Assembly: GCA_963823035.1 (NCBI GenBank)
Contig: CAWGKG010000018.1
Span: forward strand, 160,001-224,000
Source: an uncultured Gemmatimonadales bacterium
Lineage (GTDB): Bacteria; Gemmatimonadota; Gemmatimonadetes; Longimicrobiales; Gaopeijiaceae
Direction of reading: 5' to 3'
Length of the DNA: 64,000 bases
Shown here: positions 35,967-47,312 of the stretch, piece after piece
Layout of the letters: the number at the start of each line of letters is the position of its first letter
Position numbering within the stretch: the first letter of the stretch is position 1
Notes under the pieces: model-generated
What the model was told of the DNA's origin: nothing
Databases searched by the model: none
The model's input: only the letters and a program-made list of their open reading frames with translations
Program-made: the position numbers and the translations under genes

Positions 35967-37518
35967 CTACTCCCACTCGATGGTGGCCGGGGGCTTCGAG
36001 CTGACGTCGTAGGTGACGCGGTTCACGCCCTTCACCTGGTTGATGATGCGCGTGGAGATCCTCGCCAGCACCTCGTACGGGAAGGGATACCAGTCGGCCG
36101 TCATCCCGTCCCGCGACGTGACCGCGCGCAGGGCCAGTACGCTCTCGTACGTGCGGGCATCGCCCATGACGCCAACCGACTGCACGGGCAGCAACACCGC
36201 GAAGGCCTGCCAGATCTCGTCGTACAGCCCCGCCGCCCGGATCTCGTCCAGGTAGATCTCGTCGGCGTCCCGCAGCGTCTCGAGCCTCGCGGGCGTCACG
36301 TCCCCGAGGATGCGGATCGCGAGGCCGGGGCCCGGGAAGGGGTGGCGTCCGACGAACTCCTCGGCGAGGCCCAGCTCCCGGCCTACCTGGCGGACCTCGT
36401 CCTTGAACAGCTCGCGCAGGGGCTCGATCAGCTCGAAGGGCATGTCCTCGGGCAGTCCGCCCACGTTGTGGTGGGTCTTGATCGTCACCGACGGCCCGCC
36501 CGCCGACACGGACTCGATCACGTCCGGATAGAGCGTGCCCTGCACCAGCCAGGAGGCTCCCGTCCCCTCGCGGGCGGCGGTGGCCTCGAACACCTCGATG
36601 AAGGTGTTGCCGATCGCGCGGCGCTTCTGCTCTGGCTCCGTGATCCCTTCCAGGCGCGACAGGAAGAGCTCGGAAGCGTCCTCCACCACCAGGTTCATGC
36701 GGTGGTGCGAGCGGAACATGCGCTCCACCTGCTGGCGTTCGTGCTTCCGCAGCAACCCGTGGTCGACGAAGATGCAGGTGAGGCGGTCGCCGATGGCGCG
36801 ATGCACGAGCACGGCGGCCACCGACGAGTCCACACCGCCCGATAGCCCGCAGATCGCGGTGCCGTCGCCTACCTGCTCGCGGATGCGCGCCACCGCGTCC
36901 TCGATGAACGCGCCCGCGGTCCAGGTCGGTCGAGCGCCGCACACGCGTGAAGAGGAAATTCGACAGGATCTCGTCGCCCCGCCGGGTGTGCGCCACCTCG
37001 GGGTGGAATTGCACGCCCCAGATATCGCGGTCCTCGGCCCGGAAGGCGGCGAGCGGGAGCGACGCCGTGGAGGCCAGAGCCACGTAGCCCTCGGGTGGCT
37101 CGTCGACATGGTCGCCGTGCGAGCACCACACCGTCGTAGGCTCCCCCGGCCGGAAGCCGTCGAAGATCCCCTCCCCCCGCGCCACGTCCAGCTCGGCCCG
37201 GCCGTACTCCCTCCGACCGTGGTGCACCTTCCCGCCCTCCAGGTGGGCGATGAGCTGCATCCCGTAGCAGATGCCGAGGATCGGGATGCCGGAGCGCAGC
37301 AACTCGGGGTCCGTGCTCGGTACGCCGTCGTCGTATACCGACGACGGTCCGCCGGAGAGGATCACGCCCGCGGGGTTCCATGCGCGGATCCAGGCGAGGT
37401 CCCGGGTCGGAGGGTGGATCTCGCAGTAGACGTGCTCCTCGCGGATGCGTCGCGCGATGAGTTGGGTGAACTGGGAGCCGAAGTCGAGGATCAGGATACG
37501 GTCGTGCTCGGGCGTCAT
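35967..37518 (-). CDS. guaA: GMP synthase, glutamine-hydrolysing (frameshift near 36947)
   Basis: [77 protein letters not shown]. Confidence 0.96.
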
Positions 37519-38816
37519 GGTGTCTCTCGGGGGTCGTGCCCGGGGTCGTCCTCGATGTCTTCCTCGCCGCGGACCAGGTCGGCGAACGTCTCGCGCCGCC
37601 GGATCAGCACCGCACGGTCTCCGTCCACCATGCACTCGGCCGGGCGCCGGCGTCCGTTGTAGTTCGAGGCCATCGCGAAGCCGTACGCACCGGCCGTGCG
37701 GACGGCGAGCAGCTCCCCGGGCTCGGGGACGGCGAGCGCGCGATCGCGCGCGAGGAAGTCCCCGGTCTCGCAGATCGGCCCCACCACGTCGACGGACTCG
37801 ACCTCGTGGGGCTGTCGCGTATCCACGCGCTCGATCGCATGATACCCGCCGTAATGGCTCGGACGGATCAGCTCGCTCATGCCGCCGTCGACGATCACGA
37901 ACGTCTTCCCCGCCCGCTTCACGTACTCGACGCGCGTAAGCAGCACGCCCGCCTCCCCGGCGATGGCGCGGCCCGGCTCGAGGACGAGCCGAAGGCCGGC
38001 GGCGCGCACGCGCGGCACCACGTCCCCCGCGAGGTCGGGGACATCGAGCTCGGGGCCGACGTCGTACGCGATGCCGTAGCCGCCCCCGATGTCGAGGTAC
38101 TCGAGGCCGATCCCGGCCGCCGACAGTTCGGCCACCAGCGCGAGGACGCGCTCGAGCGCGCTCAGGTAGGGCGCCGGGTCGACGATCTGCGAGCCGATGT
38201 GCACATCGACGCCCCGCGCTCGGAGATGGGGGCGCCCCGCCGCCCACCGATACAGCTCCGCCGCCTCGCGCAGGGGAATCCCGAACTTGGTGGCGGCGTG
38301 GCCGGTGGCCGTGTACTCGTGCGGCGTCGGCGAGAGCACGTCCGGGTTCACGCGGATCGCGAAGGGCGCCTGCGTCCCCGCCTCGGCGGCCACGTGGTCG
38401 AGGCGGCGCAGCTCACCCGCGCTCTCGACGTTGAACCCGTAGATGCCCACGCGTAGCGCCTCGCGCATCTCGGCGCCCGTCTTTCCCACCCCGGCGAAGA
38501 CGATGTCCCCCGGCGGAACGCCGGCGCGCGTCGCCCGGAAGAGCTCCCCCGCGCTCGTGATGTCCGCCCCGCAGCCCAGCGCCCGCAGACGCCGCAGGAT
38601 CGTCAGGTTGCCGTTCGCCTTGACCGAGTATGCGAGGAGGTGGTCGACGCCGCCGAAGGCGTCCTGGAAGCTCCCGACCCTGCCCTCCATGTGCCGGATG
38701 TCGTAGACGTACAGCGGCGTGCCGTAGCGCCGGGCCAGTTCCGGGAGGGGAACATTCCCGCAGCAGAGCACCCCGTCCACACGGGGGAAGGGTCCGGTCA
38801 ATACGCTCTCGCCCAA
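37515..38816 (-). CDS. lysA: Diaminopimelate decarboxylase
   Basis: [63 protein letters not shown]. Alternative TTG start at 38801. Confidence 0.95.
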   Translation of the reverse strand: MGESVLTGPFPRVDGVLCCGNVPLPELARRYGTPLYVYDIRHMEGRVGSFQDAFGGVDHLLAYSVKANGNLTILRRLRALGCGADITSAGELFRATRAGVPPGDIVFAGVGKTGAEMREALRVGIYGFNVESAGELRRLDHVAAEAGTQAPFAIRVNPDVLSPTPHEYTATGHAATKFGIPLREAAELYRWAAGRPHLRARGVDVHIGSQIVDPAPYLSALERVLALVAELSAAGIGLEYLDIGGGYGIAYDVGPELDVPDLAGDVVPRVRAAGLRLVLEPGRAIAGEAGVLLTRVEYVKRAGKTFVIVDGGMSELIRPSHYGGYHAIERVDTRQPHEVESVDVVGPICETGDFLARDRALAVPEPGELLAVRTAGAYGFAMASNYNGRRRPAECMVDGDRAVLIRRRETFADLVRGEEDIEDDPGHDPRETP

Positions 38817-40261
38817 ACCACCTCCATCCTGGACGCTCCCTCGCCGGACACGCACTTCTCCGGTGGCGTGGAGGAGCGGAACTCCTCCCGCGGGATCACC
38901 CGGCTGGTCGCCTTCGCCACGTCCTTCATGCTCTGCTCGACGGCCGGGTCACCGCTCCACCCGGTGTAGACGAAGCCGCCGTTCGCGTCCAGGATCTCGT
39001 TCACCTCGCCGATCGACGACGCCCCGCGGTGCGTGTTCTCCTCGCGCCGGCGCGTCGCGCCCGCCAGCAGCTCGGCCTGGAACGCGTCCAGCCGCGCCGG
39101 GAGGCCGGCCACGGCCTCCCCCTCGGCCACGAACTCCTTGCGCTTCGCGCCCTCGGGGGTGAGCCGGCGCACGAGCGCGACCTGCCCCTGCTCGAGGTCC
39201 CTGGGCCCGATCTCGACCCGGAAGGGGACACCCTTCCGCTCCCACTCGTAGTACTTCGAGCCGGGCGAGAGGTGGTCGCGGGTGTCCACGCGAACGCGCA
39301 CCCCCAACTCCTTCAGCCGGGCGCCCACCTCGTCCGCCTTGGCGAGGACGGCGGCCTGGGTGTCGTCGCCGCGCAGGATCGGTACGATCACGACCTGCGT
39401 CGGCGCGAGCCTCGGCGGCACGACGATGCCGGCGTCGTCGCCGTGCGTCATCACCAGCCCGCCCACCAGGCGCGTCGACACGCCCCAGGAGGTGTTCCAG
39501 GCGTACTCCTCCTGCCCCGCCTCCGACTGGAACTTGAGGTCGAACTGCTTCGAGAAGTTCTGCCCCAGGAAGTGCGAGGTGCCGGCCTGGAGGGCCCGGT
39601 TGTCCTGCATGAGGGCCTCGAGCGCGTAGCTGCGCACCGCGCCCGCGAACTTCTCCGACTCGGACTTGAGGCCGGTGATGGGCGGCATGCCCATCCACTC
39701 CTCCATGAAGCGGCGGTAGATGCCGAGGATGAGGAGGGTCTCCTCCTCGGCCTCCTCCGGGCCGGCGTGCGCTGTGTGTCCCTCCTGCCACAGGAACTCC
39801 GAGGTGCGCAGGAAGAGGCGGGTGCGCATCTCCCAACGCATCACGTTCGCCCACTGGTTCATGAGGATCGGGAGGTCGCGGTAGCTCTGCACCCACTTCG
39901 CGTACATCGAGTAGATGATCGTCTCCGACGTGGGCCGGATGACGAGCGGCTCTTCCAGCTCCTTCCCCCCCGCCTCCGTGACGACGGCGAGCTCGGGGGC
40001 GAACCCCTCCACGTGCGCCTTCTCGCGCTCGATGAAGCTCATCGGGATCAGGAGCGGGAAGTACGCGTTCTCGTGTCCCGTCTCCTTGAACATGTCGTCC
40101 AGGGCGCGCTGCATGAGCTCCCAGATGCCGTACCCCCACGGGCGGATCACCATGCAACCGCGCACGGGGGAGTAGTCGGCCAGCTCGGCGCGCTGGACCA
40201 CCTCGTTGTACCAGGCCGCGAAGTCCTCTCCGCGGGGCGTCAGCTTCTTGTCGTCAGACAT
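38798..40261 (-). CDS. proS: Prolyl-tRNA synthetase (short archaeal/eukaryote-like type)
   Basis: WYNEVVQRAELADY, HVEGFAPE, IRPTSET, LFLRTSEFLWQEGHTAH, QAGTSHFLGQNF, SWGVSTR, terminal ARAY. Confidence 0.96.
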   Translation of the reverse strand: MSDDKKLTPRGEDFAAWYNEVVQRAELADYSPVRGCMVIRPWGYGIWELMQRALDDMFKETGHENAYFPLLIPMSFIEREKAHVEGFAPELAVVTEAGGKELEEPLVIRPTSETIIYSMYAKWVQSYRDLPILMNQWANVMRWEMRTRLFLRTSEFLWQEGHTAHAGPEEAEEETLLILGIYRRFMEEWMGMPPITGLKSESEKFAGAVRSYALEALMQDNRALQAGTSHFLGQNFSKQFDLKFQSEAGQEEYAWNTSWGVSTRLVGGLVMTHGDDAGIVVPPRLAPTQVVIVPILRGDDTQAAVLAKADEVGARLKELGVRVRVDTRDHLSPGSKYYEWERKGVPFRVEIGPRDLEQGQVALVRRLTPEGAKRKEFVAEGEAVAGLPARLDAFQAELLAGATRRREENTHRGASSIGEVNEILDANGGFVYTGWSGDPAVEQSMKDVAKATSRVIPREEFRSSTPPEKCVSGEGASRMEVVWARAY

Positions 40262-40571
40262 CGGGCTCCTGTGCTTCCCTTTCCCGTTCTTTCATCTTCG
40301 TGCGCCACGCGCGCTCCTCACGCCTCACGCCCCGCAGGGCGAGTCCTCCCGGGACCACGAACAGGAGGACCGCCGCCAGCATCCAGGTGGCCCGGAACGA
40401 GAGCACCCACATCTCGTGCACGAGCAGCGCCACCAGGGCGCCTCCCACCACGGCGGCACCTACCGCGACCGCGAGGATCACCCACTCGAGGTAGTCCAAC
40501 CTGCGGGCCGCCCGCGCCGCGAACTCGCGCGTCCGCCGGGCGGTCTCCTCGTCGAAACGATGGCTGCTCAC
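40254..40571 (-). CDS. Small two-TM hypothetical membrane protein
   Basis: Two hydrophobic helices; overlaps both the hisS stop and the proS start. Confidence 0.65.
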   Translation of the reverse strand: MSSHRFDEETARRTREFAARAARRLDYLEWVILAVAVGAAVVGGALVALLVHEMWVLSFRATWMLAAVLLFVVPGGLALRGVRREERAWRTKMKEREREAQEPDV

Positions 40572-41848
40572 GGCAACTCGTCCAGGGGCACTTCCCTTTC
40601 CTCACCGCTCGCCATCTCCCGCAAGACGGCCACCCCCTTCGCGGCCTCCTCGGGCCCGAGCACGAGGACGCGATGTGCCCCCTCGGTCTCGGCCGCCTTG
40701 AACTGCTTGCGTACGGACTGCTCGCGCAGTGCGTACAGGACCGTCCGGCCCCGCTCGCGCAACTCGTGCGCCACCCCGAGCGCGCGTTGGCGCTGTTCCT
40801 CGCCGATCACGACCAGGAAGTAGTCGACTTCCCGGCGGTACGCGGGCGCCAGGCCACGCTCGGCGAGCAGCTCGCCGAGCACCACGTCGCCCATCCCGAA
40901 GCCCACGGCCGGGAGGGGCTCGCCGCCCACCAGCTCGAGGAGCCGATCGTAGCGGCCGCCTCCGCAGATGGCACGCAACGCCCCCTGGCGGTCGAAGAGC
41001 TCGAAGACGATGCCCGTGTAGTACGCGAGTCCGCGGACGATCGCGAGGTCCACCTCGACGAAGTCCCCGAGCCCCATGGCCTGGAGCGCCGCCAGGTAGG
41101 CGCGCAGTGGTTCGATCGCCTCCGCGACTTCGGGGCGGCTCCCGAATCTGGTCGCCACGGCGCTCAGCCCCGGATCGGCGAAGAGAGCCATGACACGCGC
41201 CACGTCGTCCGCGCGCACCCCCGCCTCCGCGAGCCTGGACCGGGTGCGCTCGGGAGGCTCGCGCTCGACCTTGTCGATCGCCCCGAACGCTGACGCCATC
41301 CCTTCCGGCGCCACACCGCAGGAGGTCAGCACGGCCGACAGGAGCCGTCGGTCGGATACGCGCGCCCGGAAGTCGGCTGCCGTCAGACCGAGCTCGCGGA
41401 GGGCGTCGATCGCCACGGCCAACACCTCGGCGTCCGCGGAGACACCCTCCTCGCCCACGATGTCCACGTTCCACTGGAAGTGCTCGCGCAGACGGCCACG
41501 CTGCTGACGCTCATAGCGGAAGAGCTGTGGCAGGGTGAACCAACGGATCGGCTTGGGCATCGCACGGCTGCGCTCACCCAGGACCCGCGCGAGCGTCGGG
41601 GTCATCTCCGGCCGGAGCGTGACCTCGCGCTCTCCCTTGTCCGTGAAGTTGTAGAGCTGCCCGACGATCTCCGCGCCGCTCTTCTCCACGTACAGCTCCA
41701 AGGGCTCGAGCGGAGGCCCGTCGTATTCCAGAAAGCCGTAGCGCCGGGAAACCCGGCGCCACGCATCGAAGACGTGCGAGCGGAGCGCGAGCTCCTCCGG
41801 TGGGAAGTCCCTGAACCCGGGAAGCCGTTGGAAGGCGGAAGTGGCCAT
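40568..41848 (-). CDS. hisS: Histidyl-tRNA synthetase
   Basis: LPGFRDF, LRPEMTPT, FRYERQQRGRLREHFQ, IVRGLAYYTG, ICGGGRYD, AVGFGMG. Confidence 0.96.
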   Translation of the reverse strand: MATSAFQRLPGFRDFPPEELALRSHVFDAWRRVSRRYGFLEYDGPPLEPLELYVEKSGAEIVGQLYNFTDKGEREVTLRPEMTPTLARVLGERSRAMPKPIRWFTLPQLFRYERQQRGRLREHFQWNVDIVGEEGVSADAEVLAVAIDALRELGLTAADFRARVSDRRLLSAVLTSCGVAPEGMASAFGAIDKVEREPPERTRSRLAEAGVRADDVARVMALFADPGLSAVATRFGSRPEVAEAIEPLRAYLAALQAMGLGDFVEVDLAIVRGLAYYTGIVFELFDRQGALRAICGGGRYDRLLELVGGEPLPAVGFGMGDVVLGELLAERGLAPAYRREVDYFLVVIGEEQRQRALGVAHELRERGRTVLYALREQSVRKQFKAAETEGAHRVLVLGPEEAAKGVAVLREMASGEEREVPLDELP

Positions 41849-41934
41849 TGGACGCGGAATCTGGGCATCTTTGCACGAATGCGGTAGGCCTCGCGGCCGC
41901 CGCGTCCGGGGCATCTGCGGAGGGGCCGGCAGGG

Positions 41935-43281
41935 TCATCCCGCCAGCGGCTCCCTCCCCAGCACCTTGAGGGCGCTCCCGACCGTGTGCACGGATCCCGT
42001 GACCACGACCGTTCCCCGGCCGGCCTCCGCGCGCGCCCGCCCGAGAGCGGCCAGGAAGTCGTGCTCGACCCGCAGCGGACAGACGTGCTGCACGGCGTCC
42101 GCGGCGGCCGACACGTCCCACCTCCGCTCCGGGGGCGCCGACGGCGGCTGCGTGAGCACAGCCAGCTCGGCGCGCGCGAACAGCGGGGGCAGCATGCTCC
42201 GCCAATCCTTGTCGCCGAGCACCCCCACCAGGACCACCAGGGGGCGCGGGAGGTCCAGGCGGTCCATCGTATCGACCAGCGAGTGGATGCCGGCCGTGTT
42301 GTGCGCCACGTCGAACAGCCAGGTGGTCTCGTCGATGCGCTCGATCTGATCCCGTCCAGGGTGGACCACCCCACCGATGCCCCGCAGGACGGCGTCGGCC
42401 CCTGGAACAAGCTCCTCCGGCAGATGCTCGAGCACCTCGACCGCGAGGGCCGTGTTGGCGGCCTGGTGGCGGCCGACCAGGGGGGTTCGCACCCGCAGAT
42501 CGCCCCACCTGCGCGTCGGCAGGGTGAAGGCCGTATGGTCCCGGGCGACCTCCATGTCGCGCGCGCGGGACGGGTCCACCGGGTGGAACGGTGCCCCACG
42601 TTCGTCGGCGGTCCGCGCGAAGACCGCCAGGAGGGCCGGGTCGGTCTCGGCGGTCGCGAAGGGCACGTTCGGCTTCACGATCCCCGCCTTCTCGCCCGCG
42701 ATCAGCTCCAGGGTGTCGCCGAGGTAGTCGGCGTGGTCCATCGCCACGTTCGTCACGGCCGACACGAGCGGCACGAGCACGTTCGTGGCGTCGAGCCGCC
42801 CGCCCAGGCCTACCTCGATGGCCGCCACGTCCACGCCGGCACGCGCGAACGCATGGAAGCCGAGCACCGCCACGGCTTCGAAGAAGGTCAGTCCGAAGCG
42901 CACCACCACCTCGCGGATCTCCTGCGCCCGCGCGATCAGCTCCGCCTCGGGAAGCGCTCGGCCGTCCACGACGATCCGCTCGCGGAAGGAGCACAGGTGC
43001 GGCGAGGTGAAGCACCCGGCACGCTTCCCCGACGTCGTCAGCACGGCCGCCACCGTGGTGGTCACCGAACCCTTCCCGTTGGTCCCGCCGACGTGGACGG
43101 TGGGATAGTGGCGGTGGGGGTTGCCGAGCGCCTCCAGAGCCCGCACGGTGCGCTCGAGGCCCCAGTGGACCCCCGTGGCCAGCGGGGGGAAGAGACGACC
43201 CATGAGCGGATCGGCGAACGGCCGATCCAGGCGCTCGGGTGCGAGGAGTGGACCGCCCACCCCGCTCTCGGCTCCGTTCAA
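41935..43281 (-). CDS. folC: Folylpolyglutamate synthase/dihydrofolate synthase
   Basis: HVGGTNGKGS, TSPHL..FRERI, TFFE, EVGLGGRLDATN, EKAGI, DVAHN, VTGS. Start uncertain. Confidence 0.94.
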   Translation of the reverse strand: MNGAESGVGGPLLAPERLDRPFADPLMGRLFPPLATGVHWGLERTVRALEALGNPHRHYPTVHVGGTNGKGSVTTTVAAVLTTSGKRAGCFTSPHLCSFRERIVVDGRALPEAELIARAQEIREVVVRFGLTFFEAVAVLGFHAFARAGVDVAAIEVGLGGRLDATNVLVPLVSAVTNVAMDHADYLGDTLELIAGEKAGIVKPNVPFATAETDPALLAVFARTADERGAPFHPVDPSRARDMEVARDHTAFTLPTRRWGDLRVRTPLVGRHQAANTALAVEVLEHLPEELVPGADAVLRGIGGVVHPGRDQIERIDETTWLFDVAHNTAGIHSLVDTMDRLDLPRPLVVLVGVLGDKDWRSMLPPLFARAELAVLTQPPSAPPERRWDVSAAADAVQHVCPLRVEHDFLAALGRARAEAGRGTVVVTGSVHTVGSALKVLGREPLAG

Positions 43282-43313
43282 GGGGCGCCGCCGCCGCGCG
43301 TGGGCACGCGCTC

Positions 43314-44219
43314 CTACGTTTCCCGGGCGCCCGCGCCGGCCATGTGCCGGAGCAGGAGGGCGACGGTGTCCTTCAGCTCACGCCGGTCGACGACGCGGTC
43401 GACCATGCCGTGCTCGAGGAGGAACTCGGCCCGCTGGAAGCCCTTGGGCAGCTCCTGCTTGATCGTCTCCTCGATCACGCGCGGCCCGGCGAAGCCGATG
43501 AGCGCGCCGGGCTCGGCCAGGTTGGCGTCACCGAGCATCGCGAACGACGCGGTGACGCCCCCAGTGGTCGGGTTCGTGAGGATCGAAACGTAGGGGATCC
43601 CCGCCTCGTGGAGCTGGGCGAGCACCGTGGACGTCTTCGCCATCTGCATGAGGGAGTAAATGCCCTCCTGCATGCGCGCGCCGCCGGAGGCGCTCACGAT
43701 GATGAGCGGGATGCCGCGCTCCAGCGCGGCCCTGCCGGCCCGCGCGATCTTCTCGCCCACCACGGAGCCCATCGAGCCGCCGATGAAGGAGAAGTCCATC
43801 ACCGCGAGGACGACCGGCTTGCCGTGCAGCTCGCCGATGCCGGAGATGAGCGCCTCGCTCTTCCCCTTCCCCTCCGCCGCGGCGATGCGGTCCGGGTACG
43901 CCTTGATGTCCCGGAACTTCAGCGGATCCGCGGCGCGCAGCGAATCGTCGAGCTCCTCGAAGGTCTCGGGGTCGATGAACAACTCGACGTACTCTTCGGC
44001 GGAGATGCGCAGATGATGCCCGCAATTCGGGCAGACGTTGAGGTTCTGCGCGAGCCGCTCGCGGTACAGGATCTCGCCGCACCCGGCGCACTTGTCGAAC
44101 ACGTCGCCGGGAACGTCGCGCCTGTCCTGTGCCTTGAGCGGCTTCTTGTCCTTCCGGAACCAGGCCAAATATCGGCTCCCTTCGGGTCCTTCGGGGGTGG
44201 AGCCGGGCTCACCGCTCAT
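43314..44219 (-). CDS. accD: Acetyl-CoA carboxylase carboxyltransferase beta subunit
   Basis: C4 zinc finger, FIGGSMGSVVGEK, SGGARMQEG, PTTGGVTAS, GFAGPRVIE. Confidence 0.96.
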   Translation of the reverse strand: MSGEPGSTPEGPEGSRYLAWFRKDKKPLKAQDRRDVPGDVFDKCAGCGEILYRERLAQNLNVCPNCGHHLRISAEEYVELFIDPETFEELDDSLRAADPLKFRDIKAYPDRIAAAEGKGKSEALISGIGELHGKPVVLAVMDFSFIGGSMGSVVGEKIARAGRAALERGIPLIIVSASGGARMQEGIYSLMQMAKTSTVLAQLHEAGIPYVSILTNPTTGGVTASFAMLGDANLAEPGALIGFAGPRVIEETIKQELPKGFQRAEFLLEHGMVDRVVDRRELKDTVALLLRHMAGAGARET

Positions 44220-45444
44220 GGGCGACCCGAACCGCGATGGCCACCGCTACCCAGGACATCATGAGAAACGTCCCCCCGTAGCTCACGAACGGGAGGGGAA
44301 TCCCGGTGATCGGCACGAGCCCCACGGTCATGCCGACGTTCACGAAGATGTGGACGAGCCAGGCCCCCAAGATACCGAGGAGCACGAGGCCGGCAAAGGG
44401 ATCGGGGGAGCGTTGCGCCATGCGCGCCAGCCGCACGAGCACGAACGTGAAGACCAGGATCACCAGAGCCGTGCCCAGGAAGCCGAACTCCTCTCCGACC
44501 ACGCTGAAGATGAAGTCCGTGTGCTGCTCGGGGAGGAAGTCGAAACGCTTCTGGGTCCCCAGCGTGAAGCCCTTCCCCAGCAGCCCGCCGCTGCCGATCG
44601 CCACCTTCGACTGGATGATCTGGTAGCCGGCGCCGCGCGGGTCCACCTCCGGGTTGAGGAACACCAGGATGCGGTTCTGCTGGTAGGGCGCCAGCGAGCT
44701 CCACAGCGGGCGGGCGATCGTTCCGGCCGCGACGTTCGCCAGGACGACGGCCACCGACTCGAAGAGGAAGAGGCGGTAGCGGTAGAAGTACAGGAAGCCC
44801 ACCACCGCCACGATGTACCACGACCAGATGCGCGTGTCGAAGGAAAGCACCAGGCCGGCCACGGGGCTCGCCACCAGGAGGAGGAGCGCCACGGGGGTGC
44901 CGGCCCAGTACAGCATCGCGAAGAGGATCCCCACGAAGGCCATGGCCGTACCCAGGTCCGGCTGCAGCATCACCAGCGCGAGCGGAATGGAGACGAGCGC
45001 GGCGGGCGCCACGATGTCCTTGAGCGCCCCGAGCCCCTCGTCCCGCTGCGCGAGCAGCCGCGCCAGCACGAGGATCGTGGCGATCTTGGCGATCTCCGCC
45101 GGCTGGAAGCCGAGCGGGCCGATCCGGATCCAGCTCTTCACGCCGGCGGCCGTCCCGGCTCCCGTGCCGACGACGAGCGTGGCCGCCAGGAGCACGAGGG
45201 AGACCACGTACGCGGGGATGGCGACCCATTCGATCCAGCGGAGAGGCACGCGCGACAGCAGCGAGAACGCGACCAGGGCGAGCACGAACCAGATCGACTG
45301 ACGGATCCAGGCTTCCTGCGTGACGGGGCTGGGGATGTTGACCACCCCCGCCGAGTAGATCATCGCGACCCCGAAGAGCGACAGCGCGAGCACGGCCAGC
45401 ACCAGCGCCGGGTCCACGGACCAGCGTTCGAAGAAGCGCATCAT
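44209..45444 (-). CDS. rodA: Rod shape-determining protein RodA (SEDS)
   Basis: FQPAEIAK, QPDLGT, GYQIIQSKVAIGSGG, LPEQHTDFIF, PITGIPLPFVSYGG; follows mrdA. Confidence 0.95.
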   Translation of the reverse strand: MMRFFERWSVDPALVLAVLALSLFGVAMIYSAGVVNIPSPVTQEAWIRQSIWFVLALVAFSLLSRVPLRWIEWVAIPAYVVSLVLLAATLVVGTGAGTAAGVKSWIRIGPLGFQPAEIAKIATILVLARLLAQRDEGLGALKDIVAPAALVSIPLALVMLQPDLGTAMAFVGILFAMLYWAGTPVALLLLVASPVAGLVLSFDTRIWSWYIVAVVGFLYFYRYRLFLFESVAVVLANVAAGTIARPLWSSLAPYQQNRILVFLNPEVDPRGAGYQIIQSKVAIGSGGLLGKGFTLGTQKRFDFLPEQHTDFIFSVVGEEFGFLGTALVILVFTFVLVRLARMAQRSPDPFAGLVLLGILGAWLVHIFVNVGMTVGLVPITGIPLPFVSYGGTFLMMSWVAVAIAVRVAHER

Positions 45445-47312
45445 CCGCCCCGCCCGAACCGCGCCCTGTACCACGCGGGATACCGTCCGTGCTGCACGTA
45501 GTCGAGGTACGTCTGCATCGTGTCGGTCGGGATGCCGTGCTTCTTGCGCAGATAGTAGTCCGCGGCCTTCGCCACGAGGGGCGCCGCCGCGCTGGAGCCA
45601 TGCTCCCCGAACTCCACGATCGCGACAACGACGATCTCCGCCGGCTGTCCCGGTGGACCCACCATCCCGGCGAACCAGGCGTGGTCCCCGGCGAGCCCGC
45701 GTACGCTCTGCGTGTTCTGGGCCGTGCCGGTCTTTCCCACCACGTCCCAGTACTCGAGCGCGGTGCCGTAGTGCGCCGTGCCGCCCGGTGCCGTCACCCT
45801 GCGGAGGCCGTCACGGAGCGTGGCGAGGTTCTCAGGGGAGAGGTGCAGCGACCACCCCTCACCCAGGTCCACGCCCTGTGCGATGGCAGGCGGGGGGGCC
45901 GAGCCGTCGCGGGCCAGCGCCACGTAGAACTGCGCCATCTTCAGCGGAGTCTGCGAATTCGGCCCCTGGCCGATCGCCAGGGAGAGGACCTCGCCTTCCT
46001 GGGGGCGATAGTTGAAGGGCGGCTTCTCCCAGAACGAACGGTCCGAAGGGAAGATGCCCCGGCTCTCCTGCGGAAGGTCCACGCCGCACCGCTCGCTGAA
46101 GCCGATCTCGGTAGCGCGCTGCAGCATCCTGTCCAGCCCGATGCGCAGTCCGAGCTGGTAGAAGTAGATGTCGCAGGAGTTGCCGATGGCCTCGGCGAGG
46201 CTCTGGTAGCCGTGTCCCCGCGGATCCCAGCAGTGCCAGACCCGCCCGCCCCAACTCCACGCACCGCGGCAGGGGTCCGCCATGTGGTCTTCCGGGGTGA
46301 CCACGCCCAGGTCGAGGGCGATGGCGGCCGTGGCCAGCTTGAACGTCGAGCCCGGCGGATAGAGGCCGAGGACCGCGCGGTTGTACATCGGCTTCTGCTC
46401 GTCGGTGTTCAGCGATCGCCAGAGGTCCGCGTCGATGCCACCCACGAAAGCGTTCGGATCGAAGCCCGGCGCCGAATACATCGCCAGCACGCCGCCGTCC
46501 GCGGGATCGAGGGCCACGATCGCCCCGGGCAGCGTGTCGGGGAAGATGTGCTGGATCCACTCCTGCAGGTCCATGTCGATGTTCAGGTGGAGGTCCTCCC
46601 CCGGGACCGCCGGGTCGGCCGTCACCCCCGAGAAGTCACCGACGATCCTGCCGCGCGCGTCGACCTCCACGTAGCGCACGCCCTGGTGACCCTGCAGCCG
46701 GCTCTCGTACTGGCGCTCGATCCCCGACTTTCCGACGATCATCCCCGGCTCGTAGCGCTCCTCCGGGAAGGCGTCCGAGTCGAGCTCCGATCCGGTGACC
46801 TCTCCCACGTAGCCGAGCACGTGCGCGGTAGCGCTGCGCGCCAGGTAACGGCGCCGCGGCCGCATCTCGATGTGGACGTCGGGGAACTCCGTGCGCCGCT
46901 CCTCGAGCGCACTCACCACCTCGAAGTCGGCGTTGGCATCCACCACGAGCTCGCGGCCGTAGCGCTTCAGGTCGGAGAGCAGCCGCTCGATGCGCTCCGG
47001 GGAGAGCTCGACATACTGGCTCATACGCTCGAGCGTCGTGCGGATGGAGTCGGGCGGCCCAGGAAGGAGTGTGATCGCGTACCCCGGCACGTTGTCCACG
47101 AGGATCTTCCCGTTCCGATCGTAGATCGTGCCGCGGGGCGCGGGTACCGGCAGCTGGCGGAGGCGATTGGACTCCGCCTTGAGCTTCCACGTGCTCGACC
47201 CCAGGACCTGCACCCGGAAGAACGCGAAGGCGAGCAGGCCCATGAACAGCCCCACCACCACCATGGCCCCGAGGGCCCTCTGTCGGCGCGCGTAGGGGTG
47301 ATGGGTCTTCAA
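45441..47312 (-). CDS. mrdA: Penicillin-binding protein 2
   Basis: PAPRGTIYDRNG, GKSGIE, YPPGSTFK (SxxK), SCD, GKTGTAQ. TTG start at 47312 or ATG at 47330. Confidence 0.95.
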   Translation of the reverse strand: MKTHHPYARRQRALGAMVVVGLFMGLLAFAFFRVQVLGSSTWKLKAESNRLRQLPVPAPRGTIYDRNGKILVDNVPGYAITLLPGPPDSIRTTLERMSQYVELSPERIERLLSDLKRYGRELVVDANADFEVVSALEERRTEFPDVHIEMRPRRRYLARSATAHVLGYVGEVTGSELDSDAFPEERYEPGMIVGKSGIERQYESRLQGHQGVRYVEVDARGRIVGDFSGVTADPAVPGEDLHLNIDMDLQEWIQHIFPDTLPGAIVALDPADGGVLAMYSAPGFDPNAFVGGIDADLWRSLNTDEQKPMYNRAVLGLYPPGSTFKLATAAIALDLGVVTPEDHMADPCRGAWSWGGRVWHCWDPRGHGYQSLAEAIGNSCDIYFYQLGLRIGLDRMLQRATEIGFSERCGVDLPQESRGIFPSDRSFWEKPPFNYRPQEGEVLSLAIGQGPNSQTPLKMAQFYVALARDGSAPPPAIAQGVDLGEGWSLHLSPENLATLRDGLRRVTAPGGTAHYGTALEYWDVVGKTGTAQNTQSVRGLAGDHAWFAGMVGPPGQPAEIVVVAIVEFGEHGSSAAAPLVAKAADYYLRKKHGIPTDTMQTYLDYVQHGRYPAWYRARFGRGG

